Shown here: positions 1 through 12,600 of the stretch, in pieces | Numbering within the stretch: the stretch's first letter is position 1 | Layout: each line of letters begins with the position of its first letter | DNA from: Phaeosaccion multiseriatum | Taxonomy: Eukaryota > Protista > Ochrophyta, other classes | Assembly (NCBI GenBank): GCA_965112735.1 | Contig: OZ218959.1 | Span: 1,302,001-1,366,000, forward strand | Length of the DNA stretch: 64,000 nucleotides | Direction: 5' to 3' | Notes under the pieces: generated by a model | What the model was told of the DNA's origin: nothing | Seen by the model: the letters and a program-made list of their open reading frames with translations, nothing else | The model's database searches: none | Position numbers and translations under genes: made by a program

Positions 1-1516
1 ACCGCGCTACAAGGGGCAAAGTGGGCGGGGAGACACATCGAGTGCCGTCACCAACATCAAGCACACTGTGTGTAAGGGGCAGGGAGGGGGGGGGTCGAAG
101 CATGAAGACATATCCAGGTATCATAGACCGCCGCTGCGAGGAAAGCGGCGCGGCTCCAACCGTACAAGCGAAGCAAGGCATGGCAAGGCGACAAGGCCTA
201 GAAGCGAAGCAAGGGCATGGGGGCTACATGCAGCCAGAAGCACTCCTTTGTGACGCAGTCAGCCGCACATTTTTTATCCACAGGAGTTTAGTAGTTGAGA
301 AAGACGTACGCGTATATACAAACGCCAATGCTGGTAGGACATTGCCGGCTTCCAGCACGCCTTCTTTGGCCAAGGGGCACAGCGGCACAGCACAGCAGCT
401 TCTATCGATCGACACTTGTCGGCCCAGAGCGTGCAGTGGAGCTCAGTCACGAGGCTGGCCGTGGGCAAAGGTAGTAGCCACCATGTGGTCATTGAGACAG
501 TTAAAAAGAAGGGCAGGCATGGCAGGCATGGCACTCACACGGTCCTGGGGCAGCTTACAGTGCTGGAGAATAATAAATGAAGCTATATTAGCGAGAAAGT
601 TACACACAATAGAGCCGTGGCCTAGGTGCCGTGTCCGACAAGCGGAGTTTGCGTGACGAAAGGCAGCAGCGCGAAGCAGCTCGGGCGCCACACAGGACTC
701 CTTCACGCGGGTAGATTACGAGAGTCTTGCCGGCATGCGTGGGTGCGTGCGTGTGTGTGCGTGCGTGCGTGTGTGTGCGTGCGTGCGTGCGTATGTGCGT
801 GTGTACATGTTCGAATGCGGGCGTAGCGTGGAGTAGGGCTTCCGGCACGCGACCTATCTAAGCCCAGGCGTCCATCCTATCCTGCCCACCCGTTACTTAC
901 TCTTGTCGCTCCATCACAGCGCTGCTTCGGACGGCTTGAACGCGCAACATCACTCTGTTCTTACATCCCGCGGTGCGTTGCTGGTGGCGGAGGTTCGCTC
1001 GCGCGGGGACATTCCTTCAGAGTGAATTGGCTCTCCTCGCCCGCGGAGCATCGCTGTGAAGGAGGGGTTATGAACGGCGCTTTCTCATAAGTCTTGGGGC
1101 GTTGGCGCGTAGCTTCAAGAGTATTGATCCGCCGAAGCGGGGTACAACTTCGGACTCGCCTTCACTACCCAGTCAAGGGCTGCTTACGGAAGGAGACGCG
1201 AAGCACACCATGCAGCCAAGTCAAAGTCAGTATGTGGAGGAGCCACGACGCGAGTCGGCGTTGGCCGATCTATTCGTAGAGCAGCCGTGAGCAAAAGGGG
1301 ATTTATCGGCTTCTTCTGGAGCGCTCAGACTCAGCTCGGCCCAGTGCTGGGGCTCCCTCTCCTAGCCACAGCAGACTGTACATTCTCCGCTCTCGCTATT
1401 GTCGCTCGATTTCTCTCTGTCGCACTGCTTGGGCAGAGCCCTTTTAACACCTTCAATCTACTGTCACTTAAATTCTTTCTTTGTCAAGCACATGAGTACC
1501 CCCTTTTGACGAGGTC

Positions 1517-2348
1517 ATGAAGTTGGGCATGAACGGGAAGAAGCGAGAGCGAGAGGGGGAGAGCGAGATAGAGGCCCCTCTCGTTATCGCGAGCTCGTCA
1601 GGCCATCTTGGCGAAAAGGCTTCTCTTCCATTGGGGCACGTAGTTCATCTCCTGGTAGGGCAGGGGAAGAGGCTGTCTCCGACTCCTGGCAGCGCAAAGG
1701 GGCCGCTCGCCGCTCAGCAGCAACAGCAGCAGCTGCAGCAGGAGCAGCTGCAGAAGGAGCGCCAGGAGCCCCAAGGGCGGCCGCCATTCATGCCCACCAA
1801 CTGCTCAGAGTGCACCAAGGCCATCTATATCAGCTGCGAGCTTCCGAATGTGAAGACGGAGGACATTCAGTGAGTATAAAAGGAGCGAAACCTTGAATCT
1901 CATCTGCGCTTACTCCGAGCTTGCTTCGTTGCCTTGGATCGCCCCATCCACAGCGTCACGTTCAATGAGCGGACCCGCGAGCTGACCATCACCGCGGAAG
2001 CCAGGCCCGAGCCGCTGGAGAACGGGGAGGTGTTTCGTCTGCGGAACAGGCGCTACGGCCGCATGAGCAGGATATTCGTTCTGCCCGAGTACATCACCTC
2101 TGACGGCGCAACTGTTGAGTTCAAGGCGTGAGTGAAAGCAGGTCACCCATAAACGACCACCAACATGTGCCTAAGCTCTCACCCCCTCCCCTCTGCCTGT
2201 GTCGCCTTTGCCGTGCAATCCTCGACCTTGTGACTGGCGGTGCTGCGTCGTCCTCGGGTCATCCCTTGGCGCTCTCAGGGACTCCGTGCTACGCATCTGC
2301 TTCCTCAAGAAGAAGAATGAGAAGAGGACCCTGCGCATCACGGGCTGA
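1517..2348 (+). CDS. Small heat-shock protein (HSP20/alpha-crystallin domain), 3 exons: 1517-1869, 1954-2127, 2279-2348
   Basis: GT-AG splicing gives ...IYISCELPNVKTEDIHVTFNERTRELTITAE...RNRRYGRMSRIFVLPEYITSDGATVEFKADSVLRICFLKKKNEKRTLRITG*. This matches the HSP20 pattern (ELPG-x-DI-V, R-YG-F-R-F-LP, DGVL-like DSVL). Start codon uncertain (1517 or 1529, or an upstream exon). Confidence 0.8.
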
Positions 2349-3333
2349 GGCAAGCACTGCCAGCGCGCCTAGGAGTGCCGTGCGTTGTGTGAGTGCATTC
2401 GAGTGGCGTCAACTCCTCTTCGATGGCTCGAGGACTACATTTGTGTAATACATATATTATTATGTAAAGAGCCTGCCGCTCAGAGGAGAGAGATGCGCAC
2501 GAGGTGTGCAAGACCAGCAGCAAAGCGCGTATGTATCGATAGCATCCAGAGGACTTGAGTCCTGAGTACGTCACAAAACGTTGTCGCTGCCTCATCTGTC
2601 GTGCGTGCGGCTGCCCCCGCCTTGCCACACCCTCTGCTTGTCCGTTTCTGTGCTCGAATGCAATACATATCCGACGCTCGCCGCTACGGCGCGCCTTCGG
2701 CGAGAGTCCCCGGCATCCGTAACTCCACTCTCCTTCCCTCCCCTGGACTCTCTCGCTAGCCCCGATTCCTCGTTCGTTCGACCGCTTGGACTTGTCATCT
2801 CGGCGCATGCCCGCAGCGCTAACGTCCGTCCAGCATGGTTTTGGAAGGTACGCCCCTCACCTGTGGTGGCCGGCCTCTTGCCCAAGCCACAGGGAGACAT
2901 GAGGAGAGAAATGGCCCACTTTTGCTGCGGCCCTCACTCTCGCCCAAGCAAGTGACCCCACACACATAAAACGGAGGCAGGGCCGTTGTCTTGCAGTCGT
3001 TTAGAACAATGGCACCCGCTGCTCTGTGCCCTTGTGCTCGCGCCTCCTTGGCTCCGACGATTTGGTCTGGACATGTGGGAGGGTGGGTGGGAGAGATTTC
3101 TGGTACAGAAGATCACGCCCTTGCCCTTATCGCACCCCAATCCACCCTGCCATACGGTAGCCATACGGTAGCCTGTACTTCAGATCCTTCTCTGGTGCTT
3201 CTGCTGCTGTATCACCAACTGCTGCTGATCCTCCTACTGCGGAGAAGACACTCAATATAGAGGGTGTGCACTGCATGCACCCCCCGTGGAGGTGGAAGAG
3301 GAGCTTCCCTCGCCCGTTCGCGTCCCCACTCAC

Positions 3334-4534
3334 TCAGGGCGGGTCCCCCAGCAGCTTGAAGGGGGCAACATTCACGTCGAACAGGCAAAGGGGCCCTCCC
3401 TTGAGCCGCGTGCCCCCGTCCTTCTCTCCATGTTCCCCCTTCCCCTTGTCCTTCTCCTCCTCTTCCCCTGCTGCTGCATCAGCACCACCACCACCATCAC
3501 CACCACCGCCACCACCCGCAGCAGCCGCAGCAGCAGCAGCAGCAGCGTCCACCCCAGCCTTCTCGCCCTCTCTCTTGTCTTCCACCTTCATGGTCTGAAA
3601 GCTTCCCGTCATGACGCCTCGCGCACAAGGTAACTGAGCCCCGCTGATGTACATGACCGCTCCTCCCGGGCGTAAGAGAGGCTGCTCACCTACAATACCA
3701 GGCGAACCCTTGGGCACCTCCTCTGGCGTACCTTCCTCGGGGTAGATCTGCCAGTGCCTTGAGATAATCTGCACAGTCTCCTTGCTGAGGTTATCGATAC
3801 GGATCCTGTACACAAAGAAGGATACCTTACGATTTGGAGCTTCGTCCTCCCCCCCCGCGTCGGCCGCCTGAGTAGCAGAGTCGGGCGCGTCCTGCGTAAT
3901 CAGCCAGCGGCTCGTGGCAATTACCCGAATACCCAACGTCTCCGCTACGCTCGTAGTCTTCATCCTGTCCATCTGCTCTGCCAGCTCCCGTAACGCAGTG
4001 AAGGCCAAGTCCAGTCTCTCTCCCGCACTCAGCTGTGCAAGCGCCGCCTCTCCCACCCCTCCTCTTCCTTCTTCTTCTTCTCCTCCTCCTCCTGCTCCTG
4101 CTGCTGCTGCTGCGGATGCCCCCGCTGGTGGGAGTGGAACTTGGAAGGAGCGTCTGATAAGACCCCTTAGGTAGCTCGCCGTGGCAAAATTGGGGCAGTC
4201 CTGTGGGAGCACTCTCATCAGCTCCTCCGCCACAGCCCCCTCCTCCACGCCCCGCACCTCCACCGGAGGATAGCGGTACAAATGGGCGTACTTGTCGACC
4301 TCCAATGGAGCTTGGATGTAGAGGCCGCCAGAGGCCGACCTGCGTGTGAGGAAGGAGCACAAGTGTGGTGAAGCTTGTTAGTGAAAGGGGAAGGAAGGGC
4401 TGCTTCACATATGGACACCTAATCTTCTGTCTTTCGCGCCATGGAAGATGCCCGGGAAGGCGAAAAGGAGGGGGTGTACGTGAGAGAGAAGGAGACAGGG
4501 GGGCGATACGAGGGAGATAACCGAGGGAGAAAGA

Positions 4535-4595
<61 letters not shown>

Positions 4596-4692
4596 GGAGA
4601 GAGAGAGAGACATGGCCCACTCACTTCTTGATTTCCCGCACATCCCTGAGAAAGGCGCGATAAAGCGCAAGACTCGTCCTCCTCGTCGCCAT
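3334..4692 (-). CDS. ApaG (DUF525) domain protein with N-terminal LYR-like motif, 2 exons: 4692-4625, 4339-3334
   Basis: C-terminal FFVYRIRIDNLSKETVQIISRHWQI...EEVPKGSPGIVGEQPLLRPGGAVMYISGAQLPCARGVMTGSF is a typical ApaG domain. Exon 1, MATRRTSLALYRAFLRDVREIK, joins in frame through a GT-AG intron at 4624-4340. Confidence 0.85.
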
Positions 4693-5206
4693 GGGCAAGG
4701 CGGAACTTTTAAGGAGCTTCTTCTCCTACTATTCCATGATCATTCATGATCATCAAGGAACAGCTCGTGATCCCGCCAATTTCAGTTTGAGCTTCTCTCT
4801 TGTGTTTGTGGACTGATCGTAAACTCCATTTCCCCCTGTCTTCCCTCCTCCCCCGGTAAGGATGAGAGAGAACTGGGAAATGGTGGATTTGATAGAGTGG
4901 CTTTTAGTTCCCTTCCCGCATCAACGACGTCCCCGTCACCCCACGTTGGAGAATGATGGATGAGTACCGGACGCCACCCCAAGGGCTCCAATCCTTCCTT
5001 ATCTTTTCCCATCGCTGACCTGCTGCGAAACTCTTGCATGCATGTACACTGTGTACCCTCCATATCTCCCATTCCCTCCCTTCTTCGTCCCTTCTCCGTT
5101 GTATTCCTACAGCTCTCTAAGCTCCTCCCCCGCGCCCTGAACCTGTGTCTCCTTTCCCCCTCTCAGCAGAGCTTCACTCCCTTTAAAGCAAACAAAGCAA
5201 GTAATC

Positions 5207-5921
5207 ATGGGCGGAGGAAACGGACAGAAGAGCGCAGCCGGTGAGTGCCAGACCCAAAGAAACCTGCCAAGAGGGGCGAAGCTCGGAAGGAATGGATGCT
5301 GATACAATGCGATAACGCGTATAGGTAACGTCCAGTCAGCGGCGAGTGCTTACCATCCAACTCCGCGTTCCGTATTCGATTGTTGTTCCTGTTCTTCTGC
5401 TTCTCCTCCTCCGCTTAGCACGAGCGAAGAATCAGGCAAAGGCCAAGAAGGGGGCTAAGGGCTCGGAGTTGTCCTCCAACGCTGCGGCCCTGACTCTCGT
5501 CTGCAAGGTGCGTACGGATGGCAGATTGGCCCCCATCTCCTGGCCTCTTCCCTCTCGTACGCACCCCACACGCCCCCCCCCCCCCCTTCTCTCTCTTTGC
5601 AGCCTTGCCCCAACCAATCAATTCCTCTCGTCCGCTGAAGCAGCACCTGTAGCGAATAGTGTGGTTGGGGGGGGGGGGGGGATCAAACCCTGCTAGAGAG
5701 GTCCTAATCGCGCAGACTGGTAAATCTGATGAATTCAATCTTGCTCTCCTTTCCCCCCTCTGCTGGGTTGCTCTGCTCTCCTGCTCTCCGCGTGCCTTCC
5801 CCTTCAGATCTGTCGCGCAAGTTTCATGTCAACGTCCAACGACAACGTGCTCAAGCAACATCACGAGGGAAAGCACTCTAAAATGACCATTGGGCAGTGC
5901 TTTGACAAGTTCGCCGCCTAA
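5207..5921 (+). CDS. Small C2H2 zinc-finger protein of the At2g23090/ZNF706-like family (78 aa), 3 exons: 5207-5240, 5419-5507, 5808-5921
   Basis: Spliced product MGGGNGQKSAAARAKNQAKAKKGAKGSELSSNAAALTLVCKICRASFMSTSNDNVLKQHHEGKHSKMTIGQCFDKFAA*. It has the MGGGNxQKS start and C-x2-C...H-x3-H, with canonical introns. Not recovered intact by the ORF track. Confidence 0.9.
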
Positions 5922-6498
5922 GGAAGGGGAATAGCCCAAACCCATCAGTCTATCATCTATGTCATCTGATGGGAGAAGGGGCGTGAGGAGAGAAGGAGGA
6001 GGATGATGAGGCCGGCAGGCAGCAAGGCAGGCAGGCAGGAAGGCAGGCAGGCAGCCTTCGTCAGAATTCAGTTCGGCTTGGCTGGTTCGGCCCACGCGAC
6101 CAGCCTCTCTGCCGCGGCTTTGGCGATGGGATAGCGGCTTGTGGGGCGGTGCCTTCCCCTGCTCTCGGTTCTCGGCTCTAGGTGCTCGGTGCTCGGTGCG
6201 CGGTGCTCTCTCCACCTCTCTCTCTACTGCTGCCCAAGGCCTGCAGAGGGGGCTGCGGGAAAGGCGGGGACTCTGTGTAGTTTGGAAGGCAAGGAGAAAG
6301 GCCTGCCATGTAATTAGATACAACGAAGTAGAACTTTCCCCTCACGCTTGTCCTTCCTTGGCCCATTGGGCACCAGCTGACTGCAAGTAACCGCACTTTG
6401 TTTCAGCTGGGCCCTTGCTTGGAGGGCAGTGGCGGTCGTTCTTCTTCTTTGTGAGGAGAGAGGGAGAGAAAGGGGAAGGGACCCTGGACAAAGGCTAT

Positions 6499-6597
6499 CT
6501 GATTACTGATTACGGACGGCCAGCCGGGCCTGATTACTGATTATGACCGGCGACCGACGCCAGCCGGGCTGATTTATTGACGCCAGCCGGCCTGATG
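6499..6597. promoter_or_regulatory. Short imperfect direct repeats upstream of PPDK (CTGATTACTGATTA x2; GCCAGCCGG(G)C(C)TGAT x3)
   Basis: Repeats seen directly 110-210 bp upstream of the ATG at 6708. A regulatory role is inference. Confidence 0.35.
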
Positions 6598-6707
6598 TCC
6601 AGGGTCGAAAAGAGGACGGTGCGGGGTAAAGGGTGTCAGGACTATGGTAAAAGTAAAGCATTTCCCGAAAGGCCTTTTGCCTTCAAGGTTCAAATACAGT
6701 GTAAGAG

Positions 6708-7572
6708 ATGGCTGATCGACTTCTTCTCACTGTCGTCACCCTCGTGGGTGCTGGCGGGCTACATGGTCCTCTCTCTGGCTTTGGAGGCGGCGGCGGCGGC
6801 GGCGGGGTCGTGCATGGCTTTGTTTTCCAGCCCCCCGTTCGTACTGATCTGCGTCTGATGAGCAAGACAACAGCGGGGAAAGAGCAGAGAAAGGACCTCG
6901 CAGTGCTGGACGAGCCCCCGCCCGCCGCGAAGATGCCCGCCGCGACTGTAGCGTCTGGGCTGATATCCGGGCATCTGACCACCCCAGCAGCTGGACAACA
7001 AAAACGGGTCTACCTGCTCAGTGAAGGGCACAAGGACATGAAGGACGTGCTGGGTGGCAAAGGAGCTAACCTCTGTGAAATGTCGAAGCTCGGCCTCCCT
7101 GTTCCGCCCGCCTTCGTCATCGCGACCAGTTGCTGCTCGGACTACTTCAAGCATATCAAGGCTCAGGGAAAGACTGGGTTGCCGGCGGGGCTGAAGGTGA
7201 GCCTGCTCCCTCTTCCTCCTCCTCGCCTTTGCGACAGCTCTTCCCGGGCCTGTAGGATAGGCTTTGGCCTTCGCGTACCGCTGGCGGGGCATCCTGCTCC
7301 TCACGCCCATCCCTCCCTCTCCACCGCCTCCTGCTTCTTGCCCCTTGCTTCCTCTCTTGCACAGGACGAGTATCTGCCCGCCCTCGCGGACATTGAGAAG
7401 AAGATGGGCAAGTCGTTCGGCGATCCCAACAACGCTTTGCTCGTTTCAGTCCGCTCTGGCGCCAGAGCTTCCATGCCAGGTGAAACCTCACTTCTCTCCT
7501 CACTCTAAATCCCTCCATTGAACCCCCTCCTCATTCTTTAGCAAAATGTACTAGAAGTACGGTTTCTTGAGG

Positions 7573-7624
<52 letters not shown>

Positions 7625-9153
7625 TTCCTCACTCTCTGTCTGTGTACCCACGCCACCCCCACCGTCGGACTTCACCCTTGCCCCCTACTTCCCACTCTCA
7701 CCACACCACACCACACTGGCCACCTAATACTCCTTCTGCACAAAGGCATGCTTGACACTGTGCTGAACCTCGGTATGAATGAGCAAGTTGCCCAAGGTAT
7801 GCTGGATGGTAACGTGGGGTCGCCTCGCTTCGTGTACGACACCTACCGCCGCTTCATTCAGGCAAGCACGTCCCAAAAGATTGATTTGCATTGTTGCTTC
7901 TCTCTCTCTGTCTACCTGTAGCCGCCAATGCCCTACTAGGCCACGTGCTGTTTCGCTTCCTCCTCCCCCTCTACCCTCCTCCTCGCCCTCCACCCGCTGC
8001 TGATGGCTCGCCCTGCTTCACCACCCGACCCACTGGACGGGACAACTTCTCCTTCGTATCCTCCTCCTCTGCAGATGTTCAGTACGGTGGTGATGGACTT
8101 GTCTTCGGAGCCTTTCGAGCAAGTCATTGACGCCCGCAAGACCGCCAGGGGGGTCAAACTGGACGTGGAGATGGAGGCCGACGACTGGAAGGTAGGCACT
8201 CCAGTCTAAGGGCAAGGGCAAGAGTAAGGCCCAGGACCACTCAGTCGCCTCGCTCCTAAATCGCTGCGGTACCGGCCTGTTTGTCTGCTGCCTACGCACA
8301 CCCTGCTCACACTCACCCACTCATCCACTCACCCACCCACCCACCCACCCACCCACCCATCCACCCACTCACCCACCCGCCCACATTGTACCCACAGCAC
8401 GTGGTGGAGCAGTTCCTCCTCCTTAACCCAAACATGCCCAGCGACGCGCATCAGCAGCTGGAGATGGCCATCGAGGCGGTGTTCAAGAGCTGGTTCAACC
8501 CCAGAGCAATGACCTACCGCTCCATGTATGGCATTCCCTCGGACTGGGGCACGGCTGTCAACATTCAGGTGGGTGGATGGGTGGATGGGTGGGTGGGTGG
8601 GTGGGTGGGTGGGTGGGGGGGTAAACAAGAAACCCCAGTAAGGGTGCCAGGGCGAAACATCTTTCTCGATGTCTTGTATTCCTCCTTATGCCCACCTCCC
8701 CTTATCAAAGAAGCTTCCTCTATCTCTCCCTCCCTCCCTCCCTCCCTCCCTCCCTCCCTCCCTCCCTCCCTCCCTCCCTCCCTCCCTCTATCCATCCGTC
8801 CCTCCCCAATCACAGGCGATGGTGTTTGGCAACATGAATGATCAGTCGGGCACAGGAGTGGCCTTCAGCCGAGACCCTTCCACGGGCGAGAGAGTGTTCT
8901 TCGGAGAGTTCCTCAGTAACGCTGCTGGAGAGGACGTGGTGGCGGGGATTCGTACCCCCCTGCCCCTTTCACAAATGGCGGAGACGTGGCCGGAGGCGTA
9001 TGCCGAGCTTGACAAGATCCAGACCAACCTCGAGACCTTCTACAAGGATATGCAAGTGTGTGTCAGGACACTGGCTGGGGTTGGGTGGGCAATACTTATT
9101 CTCAATTCTACCCGGTCCGATTCTTCCCTCCTCTTCTTACACACACACAAACA

Positions 9154-9190
<37 letters not shown>

Positions 9191-9457
9191 ATACACACAT
9201 ACAGGATATGGAGTTCACCATCGAAAACGGGCGCCTCTTCATGCTACAGACGCGAGACGGCAAGCGAACCCCTCGAGCCGCAGTCAAGATCGCCTGTGAC
9301 CTCGTGGATGAGGGCAAGCTGTCGCCCAATGAGGCCCTGCTGCGCATCCCTGCGGACCAGGTGGACTACCTTCTGCTGCCATCCATCGACCCCGACGCAC
9401 CCAAGACGTGTATCGCGACGGGTCTGCCGGCCTCTCCCGGAGCTGTCACAGGTAGGC

Positions 9458-9537
<80 letters not shown>

Positions 9538-9620
9538 TGTGAGCGTGTGCGTGTGCGTGTGCGTGCGTCTGCGTGTGTGTGTGTGCGTGTGTGTCTGTGT
9601 GTGTGCGTGTGTGTGCGCGC

Positions 9621-9653
<33 letters not shown>

Positions 9654-12600
9654 CGTGTGCGTGTGCGTGTGCGTGTGTGTGTGTGTGAGTGAGTGTGTGC
9701 GTGTGTGTGGGAGAGAGAGGTGTACGTGTAGGTTTGACACTGTTCTATGTCTGTGTGCCCTCGCGTCTCCATATTCGTCCTCAACGCTCCATCAATTGCC
9801 ATCCCCTCTCTGTACACCCTCTCCCGATCACTCCATCCACCCACCAACATCCACTACCATCCAACCCATCCAACCCATCCACCCATATACCCGTACTGTG
9901 TTCCTTCCTTCACACACTTGGGCATCTCTCGTGGCAGGGGAGATTGTCTTCACCCCCAAGCACGCCGAGGAGGCCGCCGCCGCCGGAAAGAAGGTCATTC
10001 TCGTGCGTAAGGAGACCACTCCAGAGGACATTAATGGAATGAGCTCAGCGGAGGGTGAGTGGAAGAGGGATGGCAGTGGACGGAGAGGGAAGGAGGGAGG
10101 GAGGGAGGGAGGGAGGGAGGGAGTAGGAAGGAGCGAAGCGCATCCCCTTAATAAGGAGGAGCGTGTGTGTGCGTGCGTGCATGTGCGTGCCCGCGTGGCA
10201 AGGCTGTGAATATCAATGTTCACTCCTAGCCCCCCTCGCTCGCACGCACGCACGCACCCACGCACCTCCCATGTTGCTAAGGTGTGCTGACATCTCTCGG
10301 AGGTATGACGAGCCACGCAGCGGTGGTGGCCAGGGGGATGGGCAGGTGCTGCATCACGGGGGCTGACATCAAAGTGGATGCCAAGGCCGGCACCTTCACC
10401 ACCCAGGATGGGAAGGTGAGGGGCGGGAGAGGAGGGAGGGGAGGGAGAGGAGGGGTGAAGGGTGGAGGATGAGGGGGTGGGGGTTGAGGGGTGAGGGGTG
10501 AGGGGTGAGAGTGGGGAGGGCGGGGAGGGAGAGAGAAGATGAACATTCCGCGAAGGGGGTGGGCTGGCGTGCAATGTGTCCATCCCCTTTCTGCATTCTA
10601 CCTTTGCCTTTCGGACAGCCGCTGCAGTCAACCCGTCACTTTTACGGAGGGCTAAGTTCTCAAGGCACTCGCGCTCTTCTCCTTTCCTCTCCTCCCCTCC
10701 CCCGCTCATCCCCCCCTCCCCTCCTCCTTCCTTCCCTGCCCCCCTCAGGTATTCCATGAGGGGCAGGTCATAACTCTCGACGGCTCCACAGGGCAGGCCT
10801 TCGACGGCTCTGTGGCCCGCCTCCCCGCCAGGGCTGACGACGATTTTGAGGTGTGTATCACCAACGTGTATGTGTGTGTGCGTGTGTGTGCGTGTGTGTG
10901 CGTGTGTGTGTGGTTGTAGGTGTGCGTATGTGTAAGTGAATGTGGATGCGTGTTCGTGTATGTGTCTGTGTCGTATTGTGTACGTGTGGCCTGATTCAGC
11001 TCACTCGCTTATCCCACTTCAAACAAGGCCCACACCACACTCATACCACGCACTTACTCTCGAGCCGTCTTCCTCTCCCTCCATCCACTGCCACCCCTCT
11101 CCATCAAAAGCGCGTTCTGGGCTGGGCTGACGACGTCCGTACCACCAAAGTGTTCGCCAACGCCGACACCCCCACCAATGCCCAAGACGCCCGTCGCCTC
11201 GGCGCTGAGGGCATCGGTCTATGCCGCACGGAGCACATGTTCTTTGACCCCTCTCGCATCACGGAGATGCGGGCAATGATCTTGTCCGGAGAGGAGCAGG
11301 GGGAGAAGGAGGTACACCTTGATCGAATGTTCGAGTTTCAAAGGGATGACCTTCGAGCTATGATGAAGGTAGGGGATGGCAGTGGATGGTGGGGACCGAG
11401 AGAGAGAGAGAGAGAGGGGACAAATATTCTCCCTGGCCTGTGCGTGCGTGCGTGCGTGTGCGCCTTTCCTCGCCCTGCCCCCTGCCCTTTCTCTTGAGGT
11501 CCTCACTTCCTCACCCCCTCCCCTCCCCTCCCCCTCCCCTCCCCCTGCCTTCCCCCCTGCAGGAAATGGACGGTCTCCCCGTCACTGTCCGCCTTCTCGA
11601 CCCTCCTCTCCACGAGTTCCTGCCACACTCCGACAACGACTTCGTTGCCCTAGCCAAGGCCATAGGCAAGAGTGAGGAGGACATTCGAGTGCTTGCCTCG
11701 AGTATGGAGGAGGTGAATCCCATGTTGGGCTTTAGGGGTTGTCGTCTAGGGGTTGTTTTCCCGGAGATTACCCTCATGCAGGTAAGGAGGGAGGGGAGGG
11801 AGGGGACACTCGCATGCACGTACACGCACGCACCCACGCACCCACTCACGCGCGTCACCCACCCACCCACGCACTCACCTACACGCACGCATCCACGCAC
11901 CAACGCTACCCACTTCTCCCCCCAAGCAGGTGAAGGCCATCGTCACAGCGGCGGTGCAACTGAAGCAGGAGGGATTGGACCCACGCCCCTCCATCATGGT
12001 GCCAGTTGTGAGTCTCTCCTCGGAGCTGGAGCTGCTGCTGCCCCAATGTGAGGCTATGGCTGTCAAAGTTATGGCGGAGCATGGTGTGCACGTGCCCATC
12101 GCCTTCGGTACCATGGTGAGTAGTTGGTGATACGTATGGCCTGGGGATAGCTGGATGTCTATAAAATGTGAGTACGGTATGACTGTATTGCTTACGCCTG
12201 GGCCGTGGACATATATTAAATCCCACTGAAGTACCTCCGACGCAACGCATCAAGGGCCTTCAAAGTAAAGTGAAACTGAACCAACTTCCAAATGGCACGA
12301 AACGTACACCGAACAGCTGGAGCTGCCTCGGGCCTGCCTCCTGGCGGACTCGATCGCCTCTACGGGCGTCTCCTTCATCTCCTTCGGCACGAATGACCTC
12401 ACGCAGAGCACGTTCGGCTTCTCCAGGGATGACGTCGGCCGCTTCATGCCCGCGTGAGTAGTACCACTGTACTTATGATGCGTAGCTACGTATGGGGAGT
12501 GCGGGTGGGCTTCTCTCCCCCCCCCCCCCTTCCCTCCCTCCCTCCCTCCCTCCAGCCCTCTCTCTCTATCCCTCACTTCCTCACTCACTCACTCGCTTAC

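Noticed and set aside
21-1290. ORFs 21-656 and 1094-1290 as genes or upstream HSP20 exons
   Set aside because: No recognisable domains. The donor at 1287 joined to the acceptor at 1513 in the 1102 frame hits an immediate stop.
5607-5670. Hairpin CCCCAACCA/TGGTTGGGG in zinc-finger intron 2 as an H/ACA snoRNA
   Set aside because: No convincing H box, second hairpin or ACA tail. The stem is partly due to a poly-G run.
12121-12286. Box C/D snoRNA in PPDK intron 13 (AGTTGG...CTGA-A-CCAACT stem; TTCAAAGTAAA resembling SSU antisense)
   Set aside because: The box C candidate GTGATAC is poor and is explained by the iterated 11-mer. The guide is not adjacent to CTGA and there is no second copy or covariation.
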